64,000 nucleotides of DNA, from assembly GCA_023511835.1 (NCBI GenBank), contig JAIMAT010000001.1, forward strand, positions 19,142 through 83,141, given 5' to 3'. This document shows positions 36,940 to 46,513 of this stretch, in pieces; the first letter of the stretch is position 1; each line of letters starts with the position of its first letter. This stretch comes from Bacillota bacterium. GTDB taxonomy: Bacteria; Bacillota; Sulfobacillia; JAIMAT01. The position numbers and the translations under genes were made by a program. Under the pieces are notes generated by a model. The model ran no database searches, had not been told where the DNA came from, and was given only the letters and a program-made list of their open reading frames with translations.

Positions 36940-37983
36940 TCAGAAGGCCAGCTTCTTGCGGTGGACGGCGACGGACTCGAGAAGGCCGACGGAGGCCAGG
37001 TTGACCACCAGCGAGCTGCCGCCCACGCTGACCATGGGCAGGGGGATGCCGGTCACCGGCATGATGCCGGTCACCATCCCCACGTTGACCACGACCTGGA
37101 CGGCGATCATGGCCGTGATGCCGGCGGCCATCACCTGGTAGAAGGGCTCCTGGGCCTCGGCCGAGATCTTCCAGCCGCGCCAGAGGAGCAGCGCGTAGAG
37201 CGCCAGGAGCGAGAGGCCGCCCACCAGCCCCAGCTGGCTGGCGACGACCGTGAAGATGAAGTCCGTGTGGCTCTCGGGCACGTAGAGCGCGCTGGTCGGC
37301 GTGAAGAGGCCGTAGCCGAAGAGGGAGCCGGAACCCACGGCCATCTGCGACTGCAGGATCTGGTAGCCTCCGGTGGCCGCGTAGGCCACCGGATTGAGAA
37401 AGACGATCAGCCGCTCCAGCTGGTACTGCTTGAGGGGAAAGTCGAGGTGGGCGCGCAGCTGGAGGGCGATCACCCCGGCGGCCGCCAGCAGCCCGCCCAG
37501 CGCCCCGCCCCCCACCAGCCAACCGGAGAAGCCGGCCGTGTAGAGGGCCGCCAGCCCGATGGCGACGAAGACCAGGGAGGTCCCCAGGTCCGGCTGGGCC
37601 AGGATGAGGAGGATGGGCACGGCCAGGGCCAGGGCCGGCCCGCCGATCTCCCGCCAGGGGCGGACGCGCGGCCCCCTCTCCACCGTCTCCGAGCGGTTCT
37701 CGCTGAGCAGCGCGGCCAGCGTCAGGATGACCAGGAGCTTGGAGAGCTCCGCCGGCTGGAAGCTGAGGGGCCCCAACCCGATCCAGCGCTCGGCACCCCT
37801 GGCGGAGACGCCGACCAGCTTGACGGCCACCAGGAGGAGCAGGTTGAGGGCGTAGAGCGGCCGCCACCAGAGGGCGAGCCGCCGGGGATCGAGGGCGACC
37901 AGCGCGGCCCCCGCGAGAAGGCCGACGAAGGCGAAGACCGCCTGGCGCTCGGCCTGACCCCAGGTGGAGGCCTTGCCCGGCAC
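36940..37983 (-). CDS. rodA: SEDS-family peptidoglycan glycosyltransferase RodA
   Basis: 10-TM FtsW/RodA/SpoVE family: ...LVFLNPVAYAATGGYQILQSQMAVGSGSLFGYGL...SHTDFIFTVVASQLGLVGG...PVTGIPLPMVSVGGSSLV. Position after minE. Confidence 0.85.
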   Translation of the reverse strand: MPGKASTWGQAERQAVFAFVGLLAGAALVALDPRRLALWWRPLYALNLLLLVAVKLVGVSARGAERWIGLGPLSFQPAELSKLLVILTLAALLSENRSETVERGPRVRPWREIGGPALALAVPILLILAQPDLGTSLVFVAIGLAALYTAGFSGWLVGGGALGGLLAAAGVIALQLRAHLDFPLKQYQLERLIVFLNPVAYAATGGYQILQSQMAVGSGSLFGYGLFTPTSALYVPESHTDFIFTVVASQLGLVGGLSLLALYALLLWRGWKISAEAQEPFYQVMAAGITAMIAVQVVVNVGMVTGIMPVTGIPLPMVSVGGSSLVVNLASVGLLESVAVHRKKLAF

Positions 37984-38142
37984 GGCACCCGTGGCCGAGG
38001 CGACGACCAGCAGGCCGAGGCCGCTGATGGTCAGCGCCGCCCCCAGGAGCAGCCAGTCGAAGCGCTTCAGGTCGAGCTCCAGCGTCCGCCCCCCCGAGCC
38101 GTCATTATAGCCCGGGAGTCGCGGCGGACGCGGCGCCCGCCC

Positions 38143-38403
38143 TCAGCGGCGACCGCCGCGATGGACGGAGCGGACCGGGACGCTGGCCACCAGGGAGACG
38201 CCGCCGGTGCGCGAGGCGAAGGTGACCTCAAGCCCGCGCTCGTCCACGTCCAGGTAGCGGGAGAGCGTCCGCACCAGCTCTTCTTTGATGTCGTCCATCA
38301 TGCCCGGCGAGAGGCTGGCTCGGTCCTGGGCGAGCACCGCCTGGAGCCGCTGGCGGGCCATCTCCTTGCTCCGCCCGGGCGAGCGGCGAAAGAAGTCGAA
38401 CAC
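38143..38403 (-). CDS. minE: cell division topological specificity factor MinE
   Basis: VFDFFRRSPGRSKEMARQRLQAVLAQDRASLSPGMMDDIKEELVRTLSRYLDVDERGLEVTFASRTGGVSLVASVPV. GTG start with RBS GAGGGGG. Confidence 0.85.
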   Translation of the reverse strand: MFDFFRRSPGRSKEMARQRLQAVLAQDRASLSPGMMDDIKEELVRTLSRYLDVDERGLEVTFASRTGGVSLVASVPVRSVHRGGRR

Positions 38404-38423
38404 GGCCGTCCCCCCCCCCTCGC

Positions 38424-39215
38424 CTAGCGCGCGCCGAAGATGCGGCGCAGCCGGCCGAAGAGCCCGTCGGGCTCCAGCGGGGTGAAGGGCACATCCTCGC
38501 CGTCGACCCGGCGGGCGATCTGGACGTACGCCTCCCCCGCCCGCGAGCGCGGGTTGGTCACCGCCGGCTCGCCGCGGTTGGTGGAGACCACGATCCACTC
38601 GTCGTCGGGCACTACCCCGATCAGGTCGACGGCCAGGATCTCCACCACCTCGTCGATGGCCATCATGTCGCCGCGCGAGACCATCTGAGGCCGGACCCGG
38701 TTGACGATCAGCTGGGGACGCCCCAGCTCCTCGGCCTCCAGCAGGCCGATGATGCGGTCGGCGTCGCGGACCGCGGAGACCTCGGGCGTGGTCACCACCA
38801 GCGCGCGGTGCGCGCCGGCGATGGCGTTGCGAAAACCCTGCTCGATCCCCGCCGGCGAGTCCACCAGCACGTAGTCGAACTCCCCGGCCAGCTCGCGCGT
38901 CAGCTCGCGCATCTGCTCCGGGCTGACCGCGGTCTTGTCCTTGGTCTGGGCGGCCGGCAGCAGGTAGAGCCCCTCGAAGCGCTTGTCCTTGATGAGCGCC
39001 TGTCTCGTCTTGCAGTAGCCCTCGACCACGTCCACCAGGTCGTAGACGATGCGGTTCTCCAGCCCCATCACCACGTCCAGGTTGCGCAGGCCGATGTCGG
39101 CGTCGACCAGGACGACGCTCTTGCCCATCCGCGCCAGCGCCGTGCCGAGGTTGGCAGTGGTGGTGGTCTTGCCCACGCCTCCCTTGCCGGACGTGATCAC
39201 CAGGACCTGTCCCAC
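38424..39215 (-). CDS. minD: septum site-determining ATPase MinD
   Basis: MGQVLVITSGKGGVGKTTTTANLGTALARMGKSVVLVDADIGLRNLDVVMGLE... deviant Walker A; 263 aa. Confidence 0.9.
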   Translation of the reverse strand: MGQVLVITSGKGGVGKTTTTANLGTALARMGKSVVLVDADIGLRNLDVVMGLENRIVYDLVDVVEGYCKTRQALIKDKRFEGLYLLPAAQTKDKTAVSPEQMRELTRELAGEFDYVLVDSPAGIEQGFRNAIAGAHRALVVTTPEVSAVRDADRIIGLLEAEELGRPQLIVNRVRPQMVSRGDMMAIDEVVEILAVDLIGVVPDDEWIVVSTNRGEPAVTNPRSRAGEAYVQIARRVDGEDVPFTPLEPDGLFGRLRRIFGAR

Positions 39216-39269
39216 GGCGGTCTCCTCCTCGTGGCCCGCGGCGCCCTTGCGCGCTCGCCCTGCGGCTGG

Positions 39270-40004
39270 CTATTCGTGGAGATTCCGGGGATTTCCTGTC
39301 CAGAGCGCCTCCGGGCTGAGCGGCTCGATGACGATCCGCCCCTCGCGGACCCGCGCCACCTCGGGCGTGGCAGGAAGCTCGTCGCCCCCGTCGGGTGCGC
39401 GCCCGATGACGGAACCGATGCGCAGCTGCACCGCGCGCAGGCGGAAGGCGGCGATGCGCGCGCTCTCGTCGCCGCGCGCGCCGGCGTGCGCCACGCCGCG
39501 CAGCACGCCCATGACGATGACGTCGCCGGTGGCCACCACCTCGGCGCCCGCGTGGACGTCGCCCAGGACGATGACATCGCCCTGGCGGTGGACGGCCTGG
39601 CCGGAACGGAGCGTCCGCTTGATCACCGTCGCCGGCCGCTCCGCCCGCTCCGCCCCCCCTGCCGGCAGGGCCACCGCGGCCGCCGGCGCGCCCTGCGGGG
39701 CTGCCGGCGGCTCCTCCGCCCGGCGGTCCAGCTGGAATTCTCGCCCCGCCGCCCCGTTGACGATCTGCAGGAAGTGAACCCCCCAGCGCAGGCGGAAGAG
39801 CTCCTCCAGTTCGGCGATCTGCCGGCCGTCGAGGCTGCGCCGGCCGACGTCCAGCGTGACGCCGCTGCCCCGGAGGACCAGCCCCGAGCGTTCGATCCGC
39901 TCTACCAGTCGGCGCCGGAGGTCGGCCAGGTCCTCCTCCTCGTCCAGCCGGATCCAGACGCCCGCCCGCGTCGAGCGGACCGAGATGCCGCGACTGGCCG
40001 CCAT
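39270..40004 (-). CDS. minC: septum formation inhibitor MinC
   Basis: ...VHRQGDVIVLGDVHAGAEVVATGDVIVMGVLRGVAHAGARGDESARIAAFRLRAVQLRIGSVIG... (MinC C-terminal beta-helix) and N-terminal FtsZ-interacting domain. Start taken at MAASRGISVRS. Confidence 0.85.
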   Translation of the reverse strand: MAASRGISVRSTRAGVWIRLDEEEDLADLRRRLVERIERSGLVLRGSGVTLDVGRRSLDGRQIAELEELFRLRWGVHFLQIVNGAAGREFQLDRRAEEPPAAPQGAPAAAVALPAGGAERAERPATVIKRTLRSGQAVHRQGDVIVLGDVHAGAEVVATGDVIVMGVLRGVAHAGARGDESARIAAFRLRAVQLRIGSVIGRAPDGGDELPATPEVARVREGRIVIEPLSPEALWTGNPRNLHE

Positions 40005-40130
40005 GGGCCGACCCCACCCCCGGGACCAGCTTCTGCGCCGCGGGGCGGGCTCCTGCACCTCCTGCGCGCCGCCTGTCGCGCCGCCTGTCGCAACGCGTCG
40101 AGCGCCGCCCTGCCCCCCCCCCCGCCCGGG

Positions 40131-42359
40131 CTAGGGTCCGGCGCCCCCGGCGGGGTTTCCCGGCGGCGTGCCCCCGGGCGGCTCCGGGCCAGCTTGCGAC
40201 GGGCTGCTCGTGGCCGGCTGCGTCCCGGTTTCCCCCGACGCCAGCGCACCGTGCGAAGGTTGCGCGCCGGCGGCGGCCGCGGAGGGGGCCATCGCGGGCC
40301 GGGCGGCGGCCCCCGCCTGGTCCTGCGCCTGCAGGGCGGCCGCCTTGTCCATCCCGAAGTAGGCCTCGAAGATCTGCTCGGCCACGGGGGCGGCGGCGAC
40401 GGCGCCGCCATTCCCGTGCTCCACCCAGACGGCGACGGCGATCTCCGGCTTGTCGTAGGGGGCGAAGCCGATGTACCAGCCGTCGGGCACGCCCCGTGCC
40501 ACCTGGGCGGTCCCCGTCTTGCCGGCCACTTCGATGCGGCGGCCGATGGTCGCCAGCGATTTCTGCGGGAAGCCCCCGAAGGTACTGTAGGCCAGGCCCA
40601 CCGGGCTCGTGCCGTGGAATCCGGGATTGTAGCTGTTGACCGCCAACATGCCTTCCCGGATCACCTGGAAGTCGGCCGCCGGCGCCGCCACCCGGCCCAG
40701 CACCTCGGGCTGCGCCTTCTTCACCAGGCGGCCGTCGGGCGTTCGGATCTCGCTGACCACGTACGGTCGGTAGCGTGTGCCGCCATTGGCGATGATCGCC
40801 GCCATCTGCGCCATCTCCAGGGTGGTGAACTGGCTCACCCCCTGCCCGATGGCGGCGTTGAGCACCTGCCCCTGCGTCCAGATCTCGCCCGGGTGGGCCT
40901 GGGCGAAGGTGGAGGGGGTGGTCATGGTCCCCTGCGCCGTATCCAGCTCGCGCAGTCCGCTGGGCACGCCCATGCCGAACTGGTAGGCCATGTTGGCCAG
41001 GTCCTGCCAGCGCAGGTGTTCGGCCAGCGTCCAAAAGAAGACGTTGTCGGAGCGGGCCAGCGCCTGGACCATGTTCATCCAGCCGCCGGCGGCCGGGTAG
41101 CTCCAGTTCTTGCCAAAGAAGCTCCCGTACCGGAGGTAGCCGGGGTCGTAGACCCAGGTGTCGGCGCTGGCCACACCGCTGGCCAGGGCGGCCATCCCCG
41201 TCACCGGCTTGAAGGTGGAGCCGGGCGAGCGCGGCGTCAGGCGTGCGTGGTCGGTCAGGATCTGGCCGGTCTTGTCATTCAGCCACTGCTCGATCTGCTG
41301 CGCCTCGGGCGAGCGGCCGGGGTCGGCCATCTTGGAGGCGACCCGCGCCCAGACGTTGGGGTCGAAGGTGGGGTAGGAAGCCATGGCCAGGACGGCGCCG
41401 GTGCGGACATCCAGCACCACAGCCGCCGCCCGCTGCGGGTAGCAGTCGCTGCGGATGCCGTCGCAGCCCGAGGGGGGAGGCGCCTGGTTGAGCTTCTGTA
41501 CTTCCTCCGCCAGGGCGCGCTGCGCCACCTCCTGGACATGGGCGTCCAGCGTCAGCACCAACGTGTCGCCCTGGACGGGCGGCGTCGAGCTGAAGACCTG
41601 GATGGGCCGGCCGGCCGCGTCCACCTCCACCAGGTCGATCCCCGGCTTCCCCTCCAGGTAGGCGTTCATGCTCCGCTCCAGGCCCGCCCCGCCCACGAGG
41701 CGGGGAGCCTCGCGCGGATCCTGGTTGGGGTCCTGTCGAACGTAGCCCAGCACGTTGGCGGCCAGCGTCCCGCCCACCAGCGGGTCGTCAGGAGCACCGG
41801 GATAGACCCTCACCGGCTCGATGTCCACCTGCACGCCCGGCAGCTGGTCCTGGTACTCGCGCAGGAGCGTCCACTCGCGGGCGGTGAGGCCCAGCTTCAG
41901 CCGGATCGGCTGGTACGGGATGCCCCGGGCCGAGCGCTGCTGCTGGATCGCTTTCTCGATGGCCGCCGGGTCCAGCTGGAGGATGGAGGCGAGGAGCCGG
42001 ACGCTGGCCTCGCTGGGCGGCTTCTGCGTGTAGGCCAGGAGGGCCGCCCAGACTCCCCGCGAGGTGGCCAGGACGGTGCCGTTGCGGTCGAGGATCTCCC
42101 CCCGCGGCGCCGGGGTCTGTACCTCGCGGAAGACCTGGCCCTCGGACATGGTGCGCCAGCGCTCCGCCTCGACGCCCTGCATCCAGGCCAAGCGCCCCGC
42201 CAGGACGAGCAGGCCCAAGAGCGTCACCAGCCAGAGCGCCCGCGCCCTGCGGCTCTGCTCCTGTTCTCTCCGCTCCCTGGGATCCGTCCTCTTCGCCCCC
42301 CGGCCGCCCCCGGACGGGCCTCCCCGGCCACCCGCCCGCGGCCGGCCTCTGCTTCCCAT
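40131..42359 (-). CDS. mrdA: penicillin-binding protein 2 (elongasome transpeptidase)
   Basis: TM anchor ALWLVTLLGLLVLAGRLAWMQ, dimerisation domain, transpeptidase motifs GSTFKP (SxxK), SDN, KTGTAQV (KTG). Located between mreD and minC. Confidence 0.85.
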   Translation of the reverse strand: MGSRGRPRAGGRGGPSGGGRGAKRTDPRERREQEQSRRARALWLVTLLGLLVLAGRLAWMQGVEAERWRTMSEGQVFREVQTPAPRGEILDRNGTVLATSRGVWAALLAYTQKPPSEASVRLLASILQLDPAAIEKAIQQQRSARGIPYQPIRLKLGLTAREWTLLREYQDQLPGVQVDIEPVRVYPGAPDDPLVGGTLAANVLGYVRQDPNQDPREAPRLVGGAGLERSMNAYLEGKPGIDLVEVDAAGRPIQVFSSTPPVQGDTLVLTLDAHVQEVAQRALAEEVQKLNQAPPPSGCDGIRSDCYPQRAAAVVLDVRTGAVLAMASYPTFDPNVWARVASKMADPGRSPEAQQIEQWLNDKTGQILTDHARLTPRSPGSTFKPVTGMAALASGVASADTWVYDPGYLRYGSFFGKNWSYPAAGGWMNMVQALARSDNVFFWTLAEHLRWQDLANMAYQFGMGVPSGLRELDTAQGTMTTPSTFAQAHPGEIWTQGQVLNAAIGQGVSQFTTLEMAQMAAIIANGGTRYRPYVVSEIRTPDGRLVKKAQPEVLGRVAAPAADFQVIREGMLAVNSYNPGFHGTSPVGLAYSTFGGFPQKSLATIGRRIEVAGKTGTAQVARGVPDGWYIGFAPYDKPEIAVAVWVEHGNGGAVAAAPVAEQIFEAYFGMDKAAALQAQDQAGAAARPAMAPSAAAAGAQPSHGALASGETGTQPATSSPSQAGPEPPGGTPPGNPAGGAGP

Positions 42360-42365
42360 CTTCGC

Positions 42366-42893
42366 TCAGAAGCCGGGTGGAACCGAGAACTGGCCGGCAT
42401 GCCCCGGGCGCGCCGGGCGCCCCGACCGGGGCCAGAGGACGTGGATCGCGCTGCCCACCAGCGTCTCGTAGACCGCGGCGTGCAGTCCCAGCGGCAGCAG
42501 CGCCCAGGGGTCGCCGGGCAGGTGCGCCAGCCAGCCGACGGCCAGGCCCACGCTGACGGTCTGGGCGAAGGCCAGAGGCGGCAGGACGGCGGCGGGGCCG
42601 AGCAGGTTCTCCTCGTAGAAATTGCGTGCGAAGCGGCCTCCGGCCCAGCCGGCCAGCCCCTTCCAGAGCGCCGGCAGGCCCACCAGCCGCCCGACCGCCA
42701 GGTCGGCCACGAGGCCCGCAGCCAGCCCCCAGGCGGCGCCGCGCCACGGGCCCTGTCGGAGGCCGACCAGCGCCGCGGCCACCAGCAGGAAGTCCGGCCG
42801 GACCCCGGCCACCTCCAGCCGCCAGGCCAGGCTCCAGTCGAGGACGATGGCGACGGCCACGGCGGTCAGCGCCTCGGCGTCAGCGCGGCGCAC
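42366..42893 (-). CDS. mreD: rod shape-determining protein MreD
   Basis: 175-aa polytopic membrane protein immediately downstream of mreC, overlapping it by 14 nt; hydrophobic helices throughout. Confidence 0.7.
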   Translation of the reverse strand: MRRADAEALTAVAVAIVLDWSLAWRLEVAGVRPDFLLVAAALVGLRQGPWRGAAWGLAAGLVADLAVGRLVGLPALWKGLAGWAGGRFARNFYEENLLGPAAVLPPLAFAQTVSVGLAVGWLAHLPGDPWALLPLGLHAAVYETLVGSAIHVLWPRSGRPARPGHAGQFSVPPGF

Positions 42894-43713
42894 GGATGAC
42901 CAGGACCTCCTCCAGGCGGTTGAGGTCGGCGGCGCTGCTCAGGTCGGCCAGCCGCGCCAGCCCGTCGGAGGCCGTGTGGACGGCGGTGACGGTGCCGACG
43001 GGAATGCCCGGCGGGTAGCGGCCGCTGAGCGGCGAGGTGAGGATCACGTCGCCCTTGCGGACGTCCGCCCCCGCCGAGAAGAAGCGCATCACCAGCCGGC
43101 CGTCGCCCGCCGCCTGGACCACGCCCTGGGCGCGCGAGTCGGCTCGTTCCACCACGGCGCCGACGGCGCTGCTGGAGTCGGTGACGAGCAGCACCGTGGC
43201 GCTGTTCCTGGATACGCGGATCACCCGTCCCACCAGACCGCCGCTGTCGACCACCGCGTCGCCCACGCCGACGCCCTGCGAGCTGCCTGCGCTGATCTGG
43301 ACGGTGTCGAACCAGGCGTCGGGATTGCGGCCGATGACCAGGGCGCCCACGGTCTGGAGCGGGTACTGGAGGCTGAGCGTTTCGCGCATGGCCAGCAGCT
43401 GGCGCAGCCGCTCGTTCTCCTGGCGGACCTCCTCGAGCTGCCGGCCCAGAAAGAGCTGCTGCTTCAGCTGCTGGCGGAGCTGCCGGTTCTCGGCATAGGC
43501 GCCCGCCAGGCTATGCGCGAAATTCCAGGCGCCCACCACCTGGTCGGCCACCCAGCTGACGCCGTACTCGAACGGGTAGAGCAGCTCGTCCAGCGTCGCC
43601 TGGGGCCAGACGGGCAGGCTGCCCGGGCGGACGGTGAAGGCGGCCGCCGCCAGGCAGCCGGCGACGACCAGGAGGACGGCCGCCCTGCGCAGCGGGCGCC
43701 GCCAGCGGCTCAC
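42880..43713 (-). CDS. mreC: rod shape-determining protein MreC
   Basis: N-terminal TM, coiled-coil (NRQLRQQLKQQLFLGRQLEEVRQENERLRQLL), then beta-domains ...GDAVVDSGGLVGRVIRVSRNSATVLLVTD... and GDVILTSPLSGRYPPGIPVGTVT. Confidence 0.85.
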   Translation of the reverse strand: MSRWRRPLRRAAVLLVVAGCLAAAAFTVRPGSLPVWPQATLDELLYPFEYGVSWVADQVVGAWNFAHSLAGAYAENRQLRQQLKQQLFLGRQLEEVRQENERLRQLLAMRETLSLQYPLQTVGALVIGRNPDAWFDTVQISAGSSQGVGVGDAVVDSGGLVGRVIRVSRNSATVLLVTDSSSAVGAVVERADSRAQGVVQAAGDGRLVMRFFSAGADVRKGDVILTSPLSGRYPPGIPVGTVTAVHTASDGLARLADLSSAADLNRLEEVLVIRAPR

Positions 43714-43717
43714 CCCG

Positions 43718-44761
43718 TCATCCCGCCCGGTTGTACCGGATCAACATCCGCTCGTACTGGCTCCAGTTCTCCACCATCACGCCCGTCCCCCGCACCACGC
43801 AGAGAAGCGGCTCCTCCGCCAGGATGACGGGCATGGAGGTCTCCTCGGCCACCTTCCTCTCCATCCCCCTCAGGAGAGCCCCTCCCCCGCTGAGCAGGAT
43901 GCCGCGGTCCATGATGTCGGCGGCCAGCTCGGGCGGGGTCGTCTCCAGCGTCGTCTTGATCGCCTCGACGATCTCGTTGACGGGCCCGGAGAGCGCCTCG
44001 CGCACCTCGGCCGAGGTGAGGCGGAGATTCTTGGGCAGGCCGGTGACCAGATCCCGCCCGCGCACCTCGATGGAGGCGTCGTCGTCCACCGGGAAGGCGG
44101 AGCCGATGGCGATCTTCACCTCCTCGGCCGTCCGCTCCCCGATGAGGAGGTTGTAGTTCCTCTTGACGTAGGCCGCGATGGCCTCGTCCATCTCGTCCCC
44201 GCCGACGCGGATGGTCCGGTGCGTGACGATGCCGCCCAGGGAGATGATGGCGACGTTGGTGGTGCCGCCGCCGATGTCCACGATCATGTTCCCGGTCGGC
44301 TCCTCGACGGGCAGCCCCGCCCCGATGGCGGCGGCCATCGGCTGCTCGATCAGCTCCGCCTGGCGGACTCCCGCCTGTTCGGCCGCCTCGCGCACCGCCC
44401 GCTTCTCCACCTCGGTGACGCCCGACGGTACGCCGATCAGCACGCGCGGACGCTGCCTCAGGAAGCCACCCCCGCGGCTGGCCACCTCGATGAAGTGGCG
44501 GAGCATGCTCTGGGTGATGTCGAAATCGGCGATGACACCGTCGCGCATGGGCCGGATGGCCAGGATGTTGCCGGGCGTCCGGCCGATCATGGCCTTGGCG
44601 GCGTTGCCGACGGCCACCGGCGTCTTCCGCGCCGCGTCGACGGCGACCACGGAGGGCTCCTGCAGGACGATGCCGCGCCCGTGGACGTAGACCAGCGTGT
44701 TGGCCGTGCCGAGATCGATGCCCATGTCCCGGCTGAACAGGCTGAAAAGACCGTTGAACAA
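43718..44761 (-). CDS. mreB: actin-like rod shape-determining protein MreB
   Basis: [30 protein letters not shown]...[21 protein letters not shown]...[13 protein letters not shown]: actin/Hsp70 fold motifs. Confidence 0.9.
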   Translation of the reverse strand: MFNGLFSLFSRDMGIDLGTANTLVYVHGRGIVLQEPSVVAVDAARKTPVAVGNAAKAMIGRTPGNILAIRPMRDGVIADFDITQSMLRHFIEVASRGGGFLRQRPRVLIGVPSGVTEVEKRAVREAAEQAGVRQAELIEQPMAAAIGAGLPVEEPTGNMIVDIGGGTTNVAIISLGGIVTHRTIRVGGDEMDEAIAAYVKRNYNLLIGERTAEEVKIAIGSAFPVDDDASIEVRGRDLVTGLPKNLRLTSAEVREALSGPVNEIVEAIKTTLETTPPELAADIMDRGILLSGGGALLRGMERKVAEETSMPVILAEEPLLCVVRGTGVMVENWSQYERMLIRYNRAG

Positions 44762-44790
44762 GAAATGGCTCCTCCTCCGGCGCCCGTCGG

Positions 44791-45489
44791 TCAGAATGCG
44801 ACTCCGCGCTCCCTCAAGCTGACGTAACCATTATGTCCGATGATGATGTGGTCCAGTACGTCAATCCCTAGCAACCGGCCCGCCTCCACCAGCCGGGCGG
44901 TGACCGCCAGGTCGTCCGGGCTGGGTTCGGGATCGCCGGAGGGATGGTTGTGCGCCAGGACGATGGCCGCCGCCCCGCGCCGGACCGGCTCCCGGAAGAC
45001 CTCGCGCGGCGCCGCGGGCGAGGAGTCCAGGTCGCCCAGGGAGACCCGTTCGAGACCGATGACGCGGTGCCGGGTGTTGAGCAGGACGGTGCGGAACTCC
45101 TCCTGCGGCAGGGCCGCCATGCGCCCGCGCAGGAAGCGGGCCACGTCCCGGGGAGAGCGGATCCGCTCGCCCAGGGCCCTCCCCTCGCCCGCGCGCCTCC
45201 CCAGCTCCAGCGCCGCCCGCACCGTCACGGCCTTGGTCGGACCGATGCCCGGCACCCGGCAGAGCTCCTCCACGCTGGCCTCCGCCAGCCAGGCCAGGGG
45301 CGGCCGTTCGCCGGCCATGGCCAGAAGCCTCCGGGCCAGTTCCAGCGCCGACTCCCTCCCGCTGGCGTTGCCGGTGCGGAAGAGGATGGCCAGGAGCTCG
45401 GCGTCGGTGAGAGCCGCCGGGCCTTCGGCCAGGAGACGCTCCCGCGGCCGCTCGCCGGGGGGCAGCGCGCGCAGGGGCAGGCCGCTCAC
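44791..45489 (-). CDS. radC: RadC-family (JAB/MPN) DNA repair protein
   Basis: HhH N-terminus ([25 protein letters not shown]...[13 protein letters not shown]) and JAMM-like [18 protein letters not shown]. Conserved position upstream of mreB. Confidence 0.85.
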   Translation of the reverse strand: MSGLPLRALPPGERPRERLLAEGPAALTDAELLAILFRTGNASGRESALELARRLLAMAGERPPLAWLAEASVEELCRVPGIGPTKAVTVRAALELGRRAGEGRALGERIRSPRDVARFLRGRMAALPQEEFRTVLLNTRHRVIGLERVSLGDLDSSPAAPREVFREPVRRGAAAIVLAHNHPSGDPEPSPDDLAVTARLVEAGRLLGIDVLDHIIIGHNGYVSLRERGVAF

Positions 45490-46421
45490 GAGGCCCCGCC
45501 CGCCGCGCCCAGGCTACCATACCAGCCCTGGAACCCGACCACCAACTGGATGAATGTGGACATGGCCTCCACCACCGTCTGCCGGTCGGGCGAGCCCGCC
45601 GCCCAGCTCGCCACCGCCTCCCGGTTGGTCGCGGCCAGCTGGAGGAGCGGACCGAGCCCCTCCATGCCCGCCGGCGAGGGCGTGACCGAGGTGGCCGACC
45701 GCCAGGCCTGCTGCGCCGCCGCCAGCTCCCGGCCCAGCTGGTCGCTCCGCTGGACGGCCTCCTGGGCGCTGGCCGAGGTGCCGAGGAAGTCCTCCTCCCA
45801 GAGGCGGGCCTCGTCCCACAGGTACTGGGTGAGCGTCTCCACGGCCTGGCGCGCCGCCTCCGCGCCCGCACCGCCGGCCAGGCGGAGCGGGGCCGGGCGC
45901 AGCACCTCGGCCGTCACCGAGGGCCGAAGCCCCGCCGGCAGGCCGGCCGCGTAGGTCTCGGCGCCGCGGCGGCTCTCGAAGTACATGAGGACCACGCGGC
46001 CGCCCGGCAGCGGCTCCGCGGCGAAGCCGGCCGCGTTCAGCCCCGCCGCCTCGCGCGTGGCCGCCGCCGTGTCGGCGAAGCCCGTCAGCTCCAGGCGGTA
46101 AAGGGTGAGGGTGGTGCCGGGGATCTCCACCGGCTCTGGCGCCGGTGCGGGGGCCGGAGCGGGCGCGGGCGCGGTCGCCGCCTTCCCTCCGCTCCCGGAG
46201 GCGCCGGCTGCCGTCGGCCCTGCCGGCACGCGCGGCGGCTCCAGGCCCAGCGCCGCACGCAGGAAGGTGCTGCCCAGAAAGTAGCCCGCGCCGGCCGCCA
46301 GGGCCGCCAGCAGGAGGATCGCCGCCGCCAGCGCCCAGCCCCGGCGCAGGCGACGGCTCCCGCCCTCGCGCGGGCGGCCGGCGGGCGCCCGTGAAGCGTT
46401 GGCCGTCCGTCTGCGGCTCAT
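45486..46421 (-). CDS. membrane-anchored protein with PA-repeat linker and SPOR-like (peptidoglycan-binding) domain
   Basis: TM WALAAAILLLAALAAGAGYFLG, linker TAPAPAPAPAPAPEP, then LTLYRLELTGFADTAAATREAAGLNAAGFAAEPLPGGRVVLMYFESRRGAETYAAGL resembling SPOR repeats. The C-terminal region is unassigned. Confidence 0.4.
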   Translation of the reverse strand: MSRRRTANASRAPAGRPREGGSRRLRRGWALAAAILLLAALAAGAGYFLGSTFLRAALGLEPPRVPAGPTAAGASGSGGKAATAPAPAPAPAPAPEPVEIPGTTLTLYRLELTGFADTAAATREAAGLNAAGFAAEPLPGGRVVLMYFESRRGAETYAAGLPAGLRPSVTAEVLRPAPLRLAGGAGAEAARQAVETLTQYLWDEARLWEEDFLGTSASAQEAVQRSDQLGRELAAAQQAWRSATSVTPSPAGMEGLGPLLQLAATNREAVASWAAGSPDRQTVVEAMSTFIQLVVGFQGWYGSLGAAGGAS

Positions 46422-46513
46422 GCGCCACCTCCGGAGTCCGCTTGGTTGGTAAAGTCTACCATGGCGGTGAGCCCGTCGTCACCCCTCGCGGCCCCGCTCT
46501 CCCGCGCACCCGG

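Noticed and set aside
37559-37855. Plus-strand 98-aa ORF inside rodA
   Set aside because: Antisense to a well-supported 10-TM SEDS gene; no RBS; Arg/Ser-rich composition.
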